A DNA stretch of 27,934 nt, taken from the IMG/VR virus record IMGVR_UViG_3300033168_000009, positions 1 through 27,934 of that record. One strand, given 5' to 3'. The stretch is from a virus (lineage: Duplodnaviria; Caudoviricetes). Made by a program: the position numbers and the translations under genes. Position 1 is the first letter of the stretch; each line of letters opens with the position of its first letter. Shown piece after piece: positions 1-9,502 of the stretch. Under the pieces are notes generated by a model. That model did not search any database, had not been told where the DNA came from, and saw only the letters and a program-made list of their open reading frames with translations.

Positions 1-13
1 CGGGATGCGTCAC
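1..13 (-). CDS. 5' start of a gene running off the left edge (MTHP...)
   Basis: TAGGAG SD-like motif overlaps the previous stop and precedes a GTG at 13. Too short to identify. Confidence 0.35.
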
Positions 14-21
14 GCTGGCTC

Positions 22-957
22 CTAGTGATGGTGCGACAGGTACAGGCCCCAAATGACCAGCGCGACCGTCGCCACCGAGATGAACGCGGCGAACAGGTAG
101 CGGGTCTGCAACGACGCCGCGCTCGAACCCGTCGAGGTCTTCTCCAGCGCTTCGATCCGGGCTGTCGCGATCCGCTCAGCCTCACGGCCCGTCGTTGCCG
201 CCGCCGTCATCTTCTCGTCGATCGTGTCCCGCGTGACCACCGTCGACTGCAACTTCAAGATCGCTTCCGAGTTGGCCGCGCGCTCCTTCGTCCCAGACTC
301 GACCCGACCTTCGAGGATGTGGATCTGCGCCTCCATCACCTCACGGGTGATGAACGTCCGGGAGTCTTCCCGGGCCTGCTCTTTGGCGTGGTTCGTGTCG
401 GCGAGCCGCTGGTCGAGCCGGGTCTCGGCCTTCTCGCTGGCTTGCCTCTCCCGGACGTGGATCTCGTTGTGCGCGTCGTGCTGCTGCTCATGCGCTTTCG
501 CGTGCAGTTCGGCGGCGCGGGCGACCTCGGCCAGGGCGACACGCAGTGCTTCGCCTTCGCGTTCGTGGACCCGCTCATGGCCGGTGCGCCATATTTCCAC
601 TGTTTCGGCAAGCGCCTTGGCCCGGTCGTCAACCGTCTTGAGCATCGCGTCCGCAAGCCGGTCGGTGTCCCGCTGATGCTCCGCGTCGCGGAACTCCGAC
701 TGCCGGTCAACGTCAGCGATCTTGTTGCACAGCGCTGACTTTGCGTCGCCTATCTGCTGGCCGAGCATCTCATGCGCCGCGTCCGACTGCTTCCACTGCG
801 CATCTAGCCCGGTCTGCGCGAACTCTTTGACCGCGTTGATGGACAGCTCAAGCTGGCGGGCGGCACGGTCCTCGGCTGCTGTCCGTGACGCCATGTTCTG
901 CGCCGCATCCGACGCGGCTCGGAGCGCAGCGTCGGAGTAGCCCTCCTGCGGTGCCAT
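22..957 (-). CDS. Coiled-coil protein with C-terminal transmembrane anchor (possible lysis-region accessory)
   Basis: Helical E/A/R/Q/H-rich body and hydrophobic tail YLFAAFISVATVALVIWGLYL. GAAAGGA precedes ATG 957 (alternative ATG 996). Lies after the tail genes. Confidence 0.75.
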   Translation of the reverse strand: MAPQEGYSDAALRAASDAAQNMASRTAAEDRAARQLELSINAVKEFAQTGLDAQWKQSDAAHEMLGQQIGDAKSALCNKIADVDRQSEFRDAEHQRDTDRLADAMLKTVDDRAKALAETVEIWRTGHERVHEREGEALRVALAEVARAAELHAKAHEQQHDAHNEIHVRERQASEKAETRLDQRLADTNHAKEQAREDSRTFITREVMEAQIHILEGRVESGTKERAANSEAILKLQSTVVTRDTIDEKMTAAATTGREAERIATARIEALEKTSTGSSAASLQTRYLFAAFISVATVALVIWGLYLSHHH

Positions 958-999
958 CGGATCGTTCCTTTCGGTCCGTCGACGTAGCAGGGGCATGGG

Positions 1000-1029
1000 T
1001 CAGCGCCTTTCGAGCGCCGTCAGGCTCAT
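1000..1029 (-). pseudogene. 9-aa mini-ORF MSLTALERR, relic copy of the minor-tail gene C-terminus
   Basis: ATGA-coupled to the stop of 1026..1385. Encodes LTALERR*, versus LTALEKR* at the end of 1393..2514. Confidence 0.55.
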
Positions 1030-1385
1030 CCCTGGACGATCGTCACGGGGCCATAGGTCAGCGGCGCCGGCGGACTGCCGACCGGCAGCGGGGTCGCCGG
1101 GACCTGCCCAAGTGCCTGCTGCATCTGCGCGAACGTCGACGGGTCGGCGGTCACGTTGATCGCCGTCTGCGTCGCGACCGTCGTCACCTTCATCGACGCT
1201 GAGGCGAGCGACAGGTTCGTGACCAGCCATTGCATCGACTGCGTCATCGTCAGCTTTGACTGGGCGTTCTGCGCCGCGCCGATCTGCGCGTTGAGTGCCT
1301 GCACCTGGGCGATGGTCAGCGGAGCCCACGACATCTGGCCGTCGATGAGCTGCATGGTGCCGTCAGTGAGGACGTTGACCTGCAT
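1026..1385 (-). CDS. Hypothetical protein (119 aa, Q/A/T-rich)
   Basis: Fills the gap in the co-directional operon; ATG 7 nt after the upstream stop. Confidence 0.75.
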   Translation of the reverse strand: MQVNVLTDGTMQLIDGQMSWAPLTIAQVQALNAQIGAAQNAQSKLTMTQSMQWLVTNLSLASASMKVTTVATQTAINVTADPSTFAQMQQALGQVPATPLPVGSPPAPLTYGPVTIVQG

Positions 1386-1392
1386 CGGGGTC

Positions 1393-2514
1393 CTAACGCT
1401 TCTCTAGCGCGGTCAGACGGGCGTCGAAGCGGCGGAGTAGCCAGCGGCGGTCTGATGGTGCGGCGCCGAGCGTGACGTCGACTTTCTCCGTGTCGCCCGC
1501 ATCGTCGAGCGTCAGCTTGATCTCGAAGACCCGCAGCGAGGCGACGACCGCGAGCCTGCCCGAGTTGACCTTGAGGATGATCGGGTCACCGAGCCACAGG
1601 TCGTCCTTGCCGGACCAGGTGTTCGGGTTCAGCGTCACCGTGTAGACCGGCGCCACGTTCTGCTGTGCCGCCAACTGGTAGCTGGCGCGGGCCTGCAGGG
1701 CGGCGGTCGTGACAACCGTCGTGTCGCCGTACTGCGCCTCGAACCGGCCAGCCGGGTCGGTGGCGATCCCCGACTCGGTGACAGCGACGGGTGCGGGCGC
1801 CGTGCCGGTGGGCGGGGAGCCGCCGGTGACGCGGAGCGCGTTGGCGAACACGCCGGGGTCGACGTTGCGGGTCAGGCTGGCGACCCGGCCGCCGTAGTCG
1901 AGGACGGTCTGCCGGTCCTGGCCGCGGGGTGAGTAGGTGTCGAACGTGAGGCCGGTGCTCAGGGTGCTGGCGGTGCCGGTCGGGTTGATGTCCCAGTCGA
2001 ACCCGGGCACACCCTGGCCGAGCTGGTCGACCATGTCGCCGACGCTGCTGCCGGCGGTGAACGTCGGGGCCTGGCTGCTGCCCGCCGTCTGTCCGACGCC
2101 GCGGGTGATGCCGAGGCTGCCGCCGGGTTTGCCTTGCGTCTGGTTGATGAGCGACCAGGCGGTGAGGGCAATGTCCTGCGACGGGTAGGTGAGCGTGTCG
2201 GCGTCGAACAGGATCCGTCGGCGGAGCACCGCCCGGTAGTCGGCGGCGTTGAATGTGACCTGATGCGACGTTCCGTCGAGGTTGTCGGACGTGGCGCCGA
2301 CCCGGCCTCGGAAGTAGGGCACGCCGTTGCGGAGCACCCACAGGTCGGAGATGAGTTCCTGAATCCTTGCCGTCTCGGGCAGGGTCCCGTCGATGGTAAA
2401 CGCGGCCTCGGAGTTGCCGACGAGCCGCCAGGTGGCGGTCCGGCCGGTGATGGTCGGGAGCCCGGCGGTCGGGAGTCCGGTCCACGGGCCGTGGGTGAAC
2501 GTCCAGACAGCCAC
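1393..2514 (-). CDS. Minor tail / baseplate hub protein (ReqiPepy6 gp37-like)
   Basis: Motifs DLWVLRNG..FRGRV, FDWDI, RGQDR..VLDYGG.V..L.R, LWLGD.I.L, and a C-terminal RLTALE are typical of actinophage Tal/hub proteins. Position in the tail module. Confidence 0.75.
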   Translation of the reverse strand: MAVWTFTHGPWTGLPTAGLPTITGRTATWRLVGNSEAAFTIDGTLPETARIQELISDLWVLRNGVPYFRGRVGATSDNLDGTSHQVTFNAADYRAVLRRRILFDADTLTYPSQDIALTAWSLINQTQGKPGGSLGITRGVGQTAGSSQAPTFTAGSSVGDMVDQLGQGVPGFDWDINPTGTASTLSTGLTFDTYSPRGQDRQTVLDYGGRVASLTRNVDPGVFANALRVTGGSPPTGTAPAPVAVTESGIATDPAGRFEAQYGDTTVVTTAALQARASYQLAAQQNVAPVYTVTLNPNTWSGKDDLWLGDPIILKVNSGRLAVVASLRVFEIKLTLDDAGDTEKVDVTLGAAPSDRRWLLRRFDARLTALEKR

Positions 2515-2517
2515 CGG

Positions 2518-3423
2518 TCAGCGGCGGATCAGGTAGGAGATGGTGAGGTTGCCGGCGTAGACGGCGCCGGTGGTGACGAACACCCGGACCTGGAAGCTGG
2601 CCGCGGTCATGGCGGCGTTGTTGATTACAATTTGTGAGGGGATGGCGGTTCCGCCAGCGACTCCGATGATCGACGCCAGCACCGTCGTCGTGGACGACGG
2701 GGTGAACCCGAGGTTGCTCGGATACGGGATCGTCAGGTAGCCGTTGGCGTCCGTCGTACCGTAGAAGTAGCCCGCGTATACGGGGGTAAAGCGTTGCCAC
2801 ACCGACCCGTCGTAGACAACGTGGATCTTCGTGTCCTGCTCAAACGCCATGTCACCCTGACGGGGGGTGGTGGGCAGCGCGGCATAGTTCGCGGCGATAG
2901 CCGTTGACGAGAAGCCGGTGGCGAACAGTCGGACGTCGGTGATGTTCGCGTTCGTCACCGACGCGGCACCCGCAGCGACCGCGACACGGGCCAGCACCAC
3001 CGACGAGACAGGCGCAGCAGGGGGGGCAGGGGTCGCCGCCGGGGTACCCGTCACCACCAGCGGAGTCCACGAGTACTGCGTCCCACCGTCGGACTGCTTG
3101 TCGTACAACTGGGCGACGATCAGGTCGACGCGGGGGTTCGTCGGGTCAGCCGCGGACAGCGCCATGTTGATTGACGATGTGGACTGGCAGAAATAGGAGC
3201 CCTGGTAGGCGATGGAGCCGCCCTGGATGAACACCGTTCCAGCGGCGACGTCCACCGACAGGTTGGCACCCGCGGCGCGCTGCGCGACCCTCAGGTCACC
3301 GGCGAGCATCACCCCCGGATAGGTCGCCATCGCACCGACCAGGGCACGGAACTGCTGCCCGCTGTAGGCGATCGCCGTGTCACCGGTGGCCGCTTGGAGG
3401 TAGAGCGGTGAGAGCAGGGCCAT
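2518..3423 (-). CDS. Minor tail protein
   Basis: N-terminal region with ANLSVDVAAG, ADPTNPRVDLIVAQ, VVTGTPAATP.PP and ITDVR, as in actinophage minor tail/baseplate proteins. Short beta-rich C-terminal domain. Confidence 0.8.
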   Translation of the reverse strand: MALLSPLYLQAATGDTAIAYSGQQFRALVGAMATYPGVMLAGDLRVAQRAAGANLSVDVAAGTVFIQGGSIAYQGSYFCQSTSSINMALSAADPTNPRVDLIVAQLYDKQSDGGTQYSWTPLVVTGTPAATPAPPAAPVSSVVLARVAVAAGAASVTNANITDVRLFATGFSSTAIAANYAALPTTPRQGDMAFEQDTKIHVVYDGSVWQRFTPVYAGYFYGTTDANGYLTIPYPSNLGFTPSSTTTVLASIIGVAGGTAIPSQIVINNAAMTAASFQVRVFVTTGAVYAGNLTISYLIRR

Positions 3424-3424
3424 T

Positions 3425-4276
3425 CTAGAGCCACCTTCCGCGCCATGTCACAAGCGCCTGACAGTTACCGGATGGGGTGGACGGTGAGAACACGATCTGC
3501 ACAGCACCGGGCGGCAACTGCCACCACATCGACGTCCCGAAGTCCATCGCCGAATAGCGCGACTGGTTCGGGTCGCTGTTCAGCGTCGCGGTCCGAGCCC
3601 CGGTGTCGACCTCCAGATAGTCGCCCGCCGCAATGGAAAGCGAGCCGAACGAAATCTGCTGGCCGGTCGTGACACACCGCAGCAGCGGCGCCGAACACGG
3701 CCCGAACAGGTACGCCACAATCGGGGTCGGCACCGTCCCGCCGACGTTGACCTGCGCCGCACCAGGCACCAGGCCCGGGTCGAACACCATCGGGAACGTG
3801 ACGGGAAACGTCACGCCACCCGACCCGGAACCCGTCGGGGACATGCCGACCTGCGACAGGACGGAGTCCTCGAGGGTGCCGGACGGTGCAACCCAACCGG
3901 CCTGCGCCAGCCGCACCGTCCCCGGCGGGCAGGCGAACGACGCCCCCCGGACTAGGGTCCGCCGCTCCCCAGTCCAGCCGGGGCGCTGCATGTACAGGTA
4001 GTAGCGGGCCGCCGGGTTCATCAGCCCGGCGAGAGTGTCGACCGCGCTGTCCGTGTTCGGCGGCGCAGCCATCGTCAGCTCGGCGACGATCGCCCGATCC
4101 CCCCAGAACTGGGTGGTGTCTGACGTGCCGTTGCCGCCCGACCGGTTGGTGGTGACAGCCCTCGACGTCGGGAACCCGACGTCGAGCTTGCTCAGGACCG
4201 TCGGGGTGAACGCCCCCACCGAGTAGAGCTCGTTACCCGCCAGGTCGGTAATCCGCATCGTGGACGCGACGGCCAT
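3425..4276 (-). CDS. Distal tail protein (Dit, siphovirus tail component)
   Basis: Directly follows the tape measure gene (TGATG overlap). Motifs GGVTFPVTFP, GDYLEVDT..RT, WWQLPPG and terminal WR.RWL. Confidence 0.85.
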   Translation of the reverse strand: MAVASTMRITDLAGNELYSVGAFTPTVLSKLDVGFPTSRAVTTNRSGGNGTSDTTQFWGDRAIVAELTMAAPPNTDSAVDTLAGLMNPAARYYLYMQRPGWTGERRTLVRGASFACPPGTVRLAQAGWVAPSGTLEDSVLSQVGMSPTGSGSGGVTFPVTFPMVFDPGLVPGAAQVNVGGTVPTPIVAYLFGPCSAPLLRCVTTGQQISFGSLSIAAGDYLEVDTGARTATLNSDPNQSRYSAMDFGTSMWWQLPPGAVQIVFSPSTPSGNCQALVTWRGRWL

Positions 4277-7200
4277 CAGAGCCGCCCCGCCCGCTCACGG
4301 AACTCGACCTGACGGGCAATCAGCTCGAAGTCGACCTGCGTGTTCACGTGCTCGATGTGGACCAGCGGGGCAGTGCGAGTCATCGCCATCGACTCCCCGT
4401 GGGGGACGATGCGGCCCGGGACGTGGTCGATCCGCAGCTCCGGTCCCTGCTCCCCCACCCAGTACGGCCGGCCGATCGGAGGCATCCCACCGTTCGCGTA
4501 ACCGACGTAGCGGCCGGTGCCGTCGTGCCGGCCGCCGCCCATCAGCATCCCGATGCCCCACGTCTTCACCGCGTAGTTGATGCCGGCGGCGACATTCGCG
4601 AGCGGGTCGCGGAGGTAGTTCGACGTCCCAGGCCAGTGATTCGCCGCAAACGTGCCGGGGATGAGCTGCATCAACCCCTGCGACGGCGTCCCCGCACGAG
4701 CGTTCGAGTCCCAGTTGTTCTGCGCGTTCGGGTCCCCGCCTGACTCGGACTGGATCAGCCTGAGCACACCACCAGCGGCCGACGCCGGCAGGTTTTCCAT
4801 CTGCAGCGCCTGGTAGACGACGTTGGCCCAGTTGCCGTTGACCGCAGCAGCGATGGTCGGCAGGTGGTCGACCAACAGCCTGCGGACCGCGCCCGGGGTT
4901 TCCCAGACAGCCTCCTCGCGGACGTGGCTCGACGGGTTGGGGTCGTCGATCATCCGCCCGTTGCCCTCGTAGATCCCCACGTGACCCGGGCCGGGGATCC
5001 CGCCCTCGCCGTAGTTGGTGAACACCAGGTCGCCAGGCAGGGCGTCGCCGTAGTTGACCGCCTGGCCCATCTTGACCAGGTCCCACGTCAACGGCCGGCC
5101 CGGCAGCTTGTGACCGAGGTCGGCCATCACCCTGTCGACCAGACCCGAACAGTCGGTACCGCCAGGGCCGTACGGGTCGCCACCGAGGATGTACTGCTGC
5201 CCGAGGTACTTGCGGGCGTCGTTCACGATGTCGGTGCCGTTGCCGACCTGCGACAGACCACCGGCGGACGACGCCGCGTTGTGCGCTGCGTCCTTAGCGG
5301 ACAGCCATGTCAACAGCGCGTCGCCGATGTTGTGGACCTCTTTGCCCATCCACCGGCCCGGCTCACCCATCCCCTTCAGCGCACCGTCAGCAACGCTCTC
5401 AAGGGTGTGCACGACAGGGCCGGCAACCGACGCCAGCGCGCCGGCTGCAAGCTGCTTGAGGTCCTTGAACAGGTCGGTCGGGTGGACGAGGTCGTGCCCG
5501 ATCCGGCCGAGCGTGTTACCGACTGAGCTGACCGCGTTGCCGATAGAGCCGAGAATGCCGCCCGGGGCGTAGTGCCTGCCGTCGCTACTGCCACTGCTGT
5601 TGTTGAGCGCATCCAGCCCCGCCCTGCCCAGCTTGGCCATGCCGCCCAAGTTGACAACGCCCTCGCCGGGTGTGCCGAAGAACGGCACCGTGTCCTGGTT
5701 GTGGTTGCCGGGGATCACGCCGCCGGTTGCGAAGTGGAGCTGCTGCAGCCCCTGCATCCCCGGCTCGTGCAGGATGTCGCCGATGCCGTGAATCAGCGGC
5801 ACGATGCCCTTGTCATACGGGTTCTCGATCACCCACTTGATCGGCTTGGCGATCAGATCCTTGATCCGGTCCCACACCCGGCCCGCCTTGGTCACCAGGT
5901 CGTCGAAGATGCCGACCACGTCGTCACGCATCCGGCCGAAGAAGCCGACCACGTCATGCCACAGCCGGGACGCGAAGTCGGTAGCTCCGCGCCACAGGCT
6001 TTGCCACCCCGCGACGGCCCGCATGACGAACGGTCCGAGAACGCCCCCCACGTCCGCTGCCATACGGGTCATGAGGTTGACCACGTCGTGCCACAGCCGG
6101 GTCACCAAGTTCGTCACGTCGGTCCACAGCCGGGTGAACAGGTCCACGACCTGCCTCCACAACACGGTGACGATCGCGGCGACGGCCAGCCCGCCTACGC
6201 GGAAGAACGTCGTCACGTCGTTCCACATGCGGGTCACGAATCCGGTCACGTCATGCCAGATCCGGGAGAAGAAGCCTGTGACCGTCCGCCAGATCCCGCT
6301 GGTCGTATCCGAGGTGGCCCGCGCTCCGGACGTAAAGAGGCCGGCCACGTCGTGCCACAAGCTCGTGACGACGGCCGCGACAGCCAGCGCGCCGACACGG
6401 AAGAAGCCGGTCACGTCGCTCCACATCCGTGACATAAAGCCGGCTACGTCATGCCAGATCCGAACAAAGAAGCCGGATATCGCCTTCCAGTGATCCTGAA
6501 TGACAATGTAGATCAGGCCGAGGCCGAGGGTGGCGATTGCCAGCAGTAGCCGCCAGTGCTTTTCGAAGAAGCGCCCGATGGCGTCGAAGATGCCGACAGC
6601 GTCGTCCTTCATCCGCGTGAAGAAGCCGGTCACGTCGTGCCACATATGGGAGACGAACGTATTGACGTCGTTCCGCATCCGCATCACGAAACCGGTCACG
6701 TCATGCCACATACGCTCGACAAAGCTGGCCACGTCGTGCCACATCCGCTGAAAGAACGTCGACACGTCGTGCCACATGCGCTCCGCGAAGCCGGGCACGT
6801 CTTTCCACATGCGCGACATGAACGTGTTCACGTCGTCACGCATCCGCATCACGAAACCGGACACGTCGTGCCACATGCGCTCGAAAAACCGAACGACAAT
6901 CCCCGTGAACTCGGCAATCTGCTTGGCGCCGCCTTTGAGGTTGGCCCACAGGTCATCTGCCGCGTTACGGAACCACTTGAAGTGGTTGTAGGCGTAAATC
7001 ACCCCGGCGGCGAGCGCGGCGATCCCCGCGACAGCCCACGCGATAGGCCCGAGCCCAATCACCCACGCCGCGCCCATCGCGATCAGCGACGCGGTCCACA
7101 CCACAGTTGCGGTGACGAGCGCCCCGCCGATCACAGCCGCCAGGGCCGCCACGAGCTTCGGGTTGTCCGCTAGGAACCCCGTGAACTTGCTGAGGACCGG

Positions 7201-8799
7201 CAGCAGCCGCGTCCCCAAGCTGATCATCAGCTTGTCGAACTCGCCGCCCATCTCCTTTAGCTGCTGGTTGAAGTTTCCCTGCTGAATCTTCCAGCCGTTG
7301 ACGTCCTGCCCAGCGTTCTTCATCTGCTCGGCGACACGCTTGATGCTCTCGTTGGTGCCGTCGGCGTTGCCCATCGTCGTGTTCAGGGCGACATTCAGCC
7401 CGTTTGCGCCGCCAGTCAGCGTCTTCATCATGTCGTTGTACGTCTTCGACTGGTTCGTCCCGTTCCGCAGCGCCTGCTGGAAACCGTTAGCGTTGCCCGA
7501 CGTCACGAGCCACTGGGCAGCCAGAATCCCCATCTCGCCCGGCAGCCCCTTGGCTTGCTTCCGGAACGCGCCGACGCCTATCTCGCCCTTCCGGAAAGAG
7601 TCGGCGAGCTTCTGCGCCTCGGGAGACAGCCGGGCGAACATTGTCCGCGCATCGTCAGCGGCCATCTTCGACTGGTTGAACGTGTTCAGCAGCACCAGAC
7701 CCGACGGGCCCATGTGCCGCAACACCGTCTCCGACAGGTACTGCAACGTGCCGGCCAGTCCACGCCCACCGGGACCGTCCCCGACGCGAGTCGTCACGTC
7801 ATTCACGCTGATGCCGAGCTGCGCCATCATCTTCTGCGCCACCATGTTCGGCGCAACCAGGTTCCGCATCGAGTTGGAAATCTGCTGCGCCGCCTCGTCG
7901 GCACTGATGCCGTGCTGCGTCATCTCCGCCAGAACACCCGACACGTCCGCGAAACTGATCTTCGCGTTGGCGGCAAGCGGAACCACTGTGCCGAGCGCGG
8001 CGTCGAACTGCTCAAACGTCGCCTTCGCCTCGCCGGCTGCGGCCTTCAACCCGTTGGTGACTGAAACGGCAGCCGAAGCCGGCAGGTGGTAGTCGTGCAT
8101 GACCGCCGACGTGGCGCCGACGACCGTCGACAGCTTCGCGCCTTCCTCGGCAGCGGCCTGCGCGCCTGCCTTCAGGATCTGCAGCATGTCGGCGTCGCGG
8201 TAGCCAGCCTTCTCGAGGATGTACGCCCCGTCAGACAGCTCTTTCCACGACGCACCCGTACTGGCGGCGAGGTCGAGGATGCCGGCCCGGACGTGACCGA
8301 TCGCTGTCGTCGACTCGCCTGCGGCAGTGACGAGGATCGACGTCTTCTGCTGGAAGTCTGCGGCCATCTTCACCGACTCGCCGATAACCGCCGTGAGAGT
8401 CAACGCCGACGCGAGGCCGACGTTCATCAGCGACTTCTTGCGGGCCACCGACGACGCCTCGGTCTTCGCCGCCAGATCAGCCTGACCCTTAGCGATCGCC
8501 GCGTCAGCCTCCAGCGTCTTCGCCGCCGCCAGCTTCGACGCCTCAGCCATGCTCGCCATCGACGCTGCGATCTCCGCCGACATCGTCTTGGCCTCGACCT
8601 TGGCCGCACGCTCCGCTTCGGTGATACCGAGCATCGACTTCTTGATCTCATCCGCCGTCGCCTTCGACGACAGCGCCATCTTCGCGTCGGCTTCTTCCAT
8701 CACCCGCTGAAGCGCCTTCGCCTCGACGCCGACGGTGCGAAACGCCGGCGACGCGCCGTCCCGAGCGATCACATCGAAGATCATCGACAGCGCAGGCAT
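4276..8799 (-). CDS. Tape measure protein with C-terminal NlpC/P60 peptidase and SLT lytic transglycosylase domains
   Basis: 1507 aa, helical, with a TP901-like core (KMAADFQ...), hydrophobic segments and 11-aa W/F repeats. GTDCSGLV...GHVGIY marks NlpC/P60; IQSESGGDPNAQNNWDSNA...GLMQLIP marks SLT. ANGG...VGEQGPEL tail motif. Confidence 0.97.
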   Translation of the reverse strand: MPALSMIFDVIARDGASPAFRTVGVEAKALQRVMEEADAKMALSSKATADEIKKSMLGITEAERAAKVEAKTMSAEIAASMASMAEASKLAAAKTLEADAAIAKGQADLAAKTEASSVARKKSLMNVGLASALTLTAVIGESVKMAADFQQKTSILVTAAGESTTAIGHVRAGILDLAASTGASWKELSDGAYILEKAGYRDADMLQILKAGAQAAAEEGAKLSTVVGATSAVMHDYHLPASAAVSVTNGLKAAAGEAKATFEQFDAALGTVVPLAANAKISFADVSGVLAEMTQHGISADEAAQQISNSMRNLVAPNMVAQKMMAQLGISVNDVTTRVGDGPGGRGLAGTLQYLSETVLRHMGPSGLVLLNTFNQSKMAADDARTMFARLSPEAQKLADSFRKGEIGVGAFRKQAKGLPGEMGILAAQWLVTSGNANGFQQALRNGTNQSKTYNDMMKTLTGGANGLNVALNTTMGNADGTNESIKRVAEQMKNAGQDVNGWKIQQGNFNQQLKEMGGEFDKLMISLGTRLLPVLSKFTGFLADNPKLVAALAAVIGGALVTATVVWTASLIAMGAAWVIGLGPIAWAVAGIAALAAGVIYAYNHFKWFRNAADDLWANLKGGAKQIAEFTGIVVRFFERMWHDVSGFVMRMRDDVNTFMSRMWKDVPGFAERMWHDVSTFFQRMWHDVASFVERMWHDVTGFVMRMRNDVNTFVSHMWHDVTGFFTRMKDDAVGIFDAIGRFFEKHWRLLLAIATLGLGLIYIVIQDHWKAISGFFVRIWHDVAGFMSRMWSDVTGFFRVGALAVAAVVTSLWHDVAGLFTSGARATSDTTSGIWRTVTGFFSRIWHDVTGFVTRMWNDVTTFFRVGGLAVAAIVTVLWRQVVDLFTRLWTDVTNLVTRLWHDVVNLMTRMAADVGGVLGPFVMRAVAGWQSLWRGATDFASRLWHDVVGFFGRMRDDVVGIFDDLVTKAGRVWDRIKDLIAKPIKWVIENPYDKGIVPLIHGIGDILHEPGMQGLQQLHFATGGVIPGNHNQDTVPFFGTPGEGVVNLGGMAKLGRAGLDALNNSSGSSDGRHYAPGGILGSIGNAVSSVGNTLGRIGHDLVHPTDLFKDLKQLAAGALASVAGPVVHTLESVADGALKGMGEPGRWMGKEVHNIGDALLTWLSAKDAAHNAASSAGGLSQVGNGTDIVNDARKYLGQQYILGGDPYGPGGTDCSGLVDRVMADLGHKLPGRPLTWDLVKMGQAVNYGDALPGDLVFTNYGEGGIPGPGHVGIYEGNGRMIDDPNPSSHVREEAVWETPGAVRRLLVDHLPTIAAAVNGNWANVVYQALQMENLPASAAGGVLRLIQSESGGDPNAQNNWDSNARAGTPSQGLMQLIPGTFAANHWPGTSNYLRDPLANVAAGINYAVKTWGIGMLMGGGRHDGTGRYVGYANGGMPPIGRPYWVGEQGPELRIDHVPGRIVPHGESMAMTRTAPLVHIEHVNTQVDFELIARQVEFRERAGRL
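5880..6890 (-). repeat. Degenerate 33-bp (11-aa) tandem repeats, consensus RMWHDVTGFFx, within the tape measure gene
   Basis: Recurrent cacgtcgtgccacat / cacgtcatgcca units at 33-bp multiples. Boundaries approximate. Confidence 0.85.
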
Positions 8800-9275
8800 C
8801 AGCCGGCCAGCCTGTCCGCGACGGCTCGCATAGTCGCCGTCAGCTCAGCGGTGACCTCAGGCAGCTTCCCCTCAACGGTACGAGAGAACCAGCCGCTACG
8901 AACCGTCGTCTGCGCCCAGCGGTCCATGTGCCCGAACACCGGGTGCCGCACGACACCCTTGTCGGAGCCGAACTGCACCGACCCGCTGCCGCGCCGGGAC
9001 GTGTCCCTGCTCGGCTGGTTGACGATCTGCACCCGTGCCACACCAGGGGTCAGGCTTGTCCGCACGGTGAACCGCGACCCGGCGACCCACTCGCCCAGCC
9101 CGCCCTTACGGGGCAGCTCCGAGCGGGCCGCTTCCTGTAGCGCCGGGATCACTGGCCGGACCCCCGCCCGCAGCCCGGCCAGCAGCTCACGCCGCAGGCC
9201 GCCGTCACCTGCTGCCCGCATGCGGATCGCGAGCAGGTCGAGCTGCTTGTTGCCGGGGCCGACGATGCTTGTCAT
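8799..9275 (-). CDS. HK97 gp10-like neck/tail-completion protein
   Basis: Basic 158-aa protein: helical N-terminus, G..RHPVFG...W..T....GWF motif, helical C-terminus. ATGA and TGATG coupling on either side. Confidence 0.65.
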   Translation of the reverse strand: MTSIVGPGNKQLDLLAIRMRAAGDGGLRRELLAGLRAGVRPVIPALQEAARSELPRKGGLGEWVAGSRFTVRTSLTPGVARVQIVNQPSRDTSRRGSGSVQFGSDKGVVRHPVFGHMDRWAQTTVRSGWFSRTVEGKLPEVTAELTATMRAVADRLAG

Positions 9276-9502
9276 GCCACCCCGATCGCTCGCAGCAGAC
9301 GGACATTGGCAGGCTCAGGCTCGGGTTCGGCTACGAGAGCCGCGTCGAAATCAGCACGGCGCTCGTCCACCGTCGGCATCTCGACCTTCTCGGCCCCGGC
9401 GGCTTTGAACGTCGCCGCGGCCTGCCGGTCGGACAGCACCTGCCGCTCGAGGCGTTCGACGTGGATCACGTACGCCACGTCGCACAGGTCGACCAGGGTC
9501 AA
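9272..9502 (-). CDS. Second tail-assembly-chaperone ORF (T-like)
   Basis: TTGA overlap with the chaperone stop, in the -1 frame. 76 aa, LTLVDLCDVAY...LLRAIGVA. Confidence 0.6.
   Translation of the reverse strand: MTLVDLCDVAYVIHVERLERQVLSDRQAAATFKAAGAEKVEMPTVDERRADFDAALVAEPEPEPANVRLLRAIGVA

Noticed and set aside
5880-6890. Periodic repeats as a CRISPR array or DGR template/variable repeat
   Set aside because: They are in-frame 33-bp coding repeats of the tape measure. No unique spacers, cas genes or reverse transcriptase are present.
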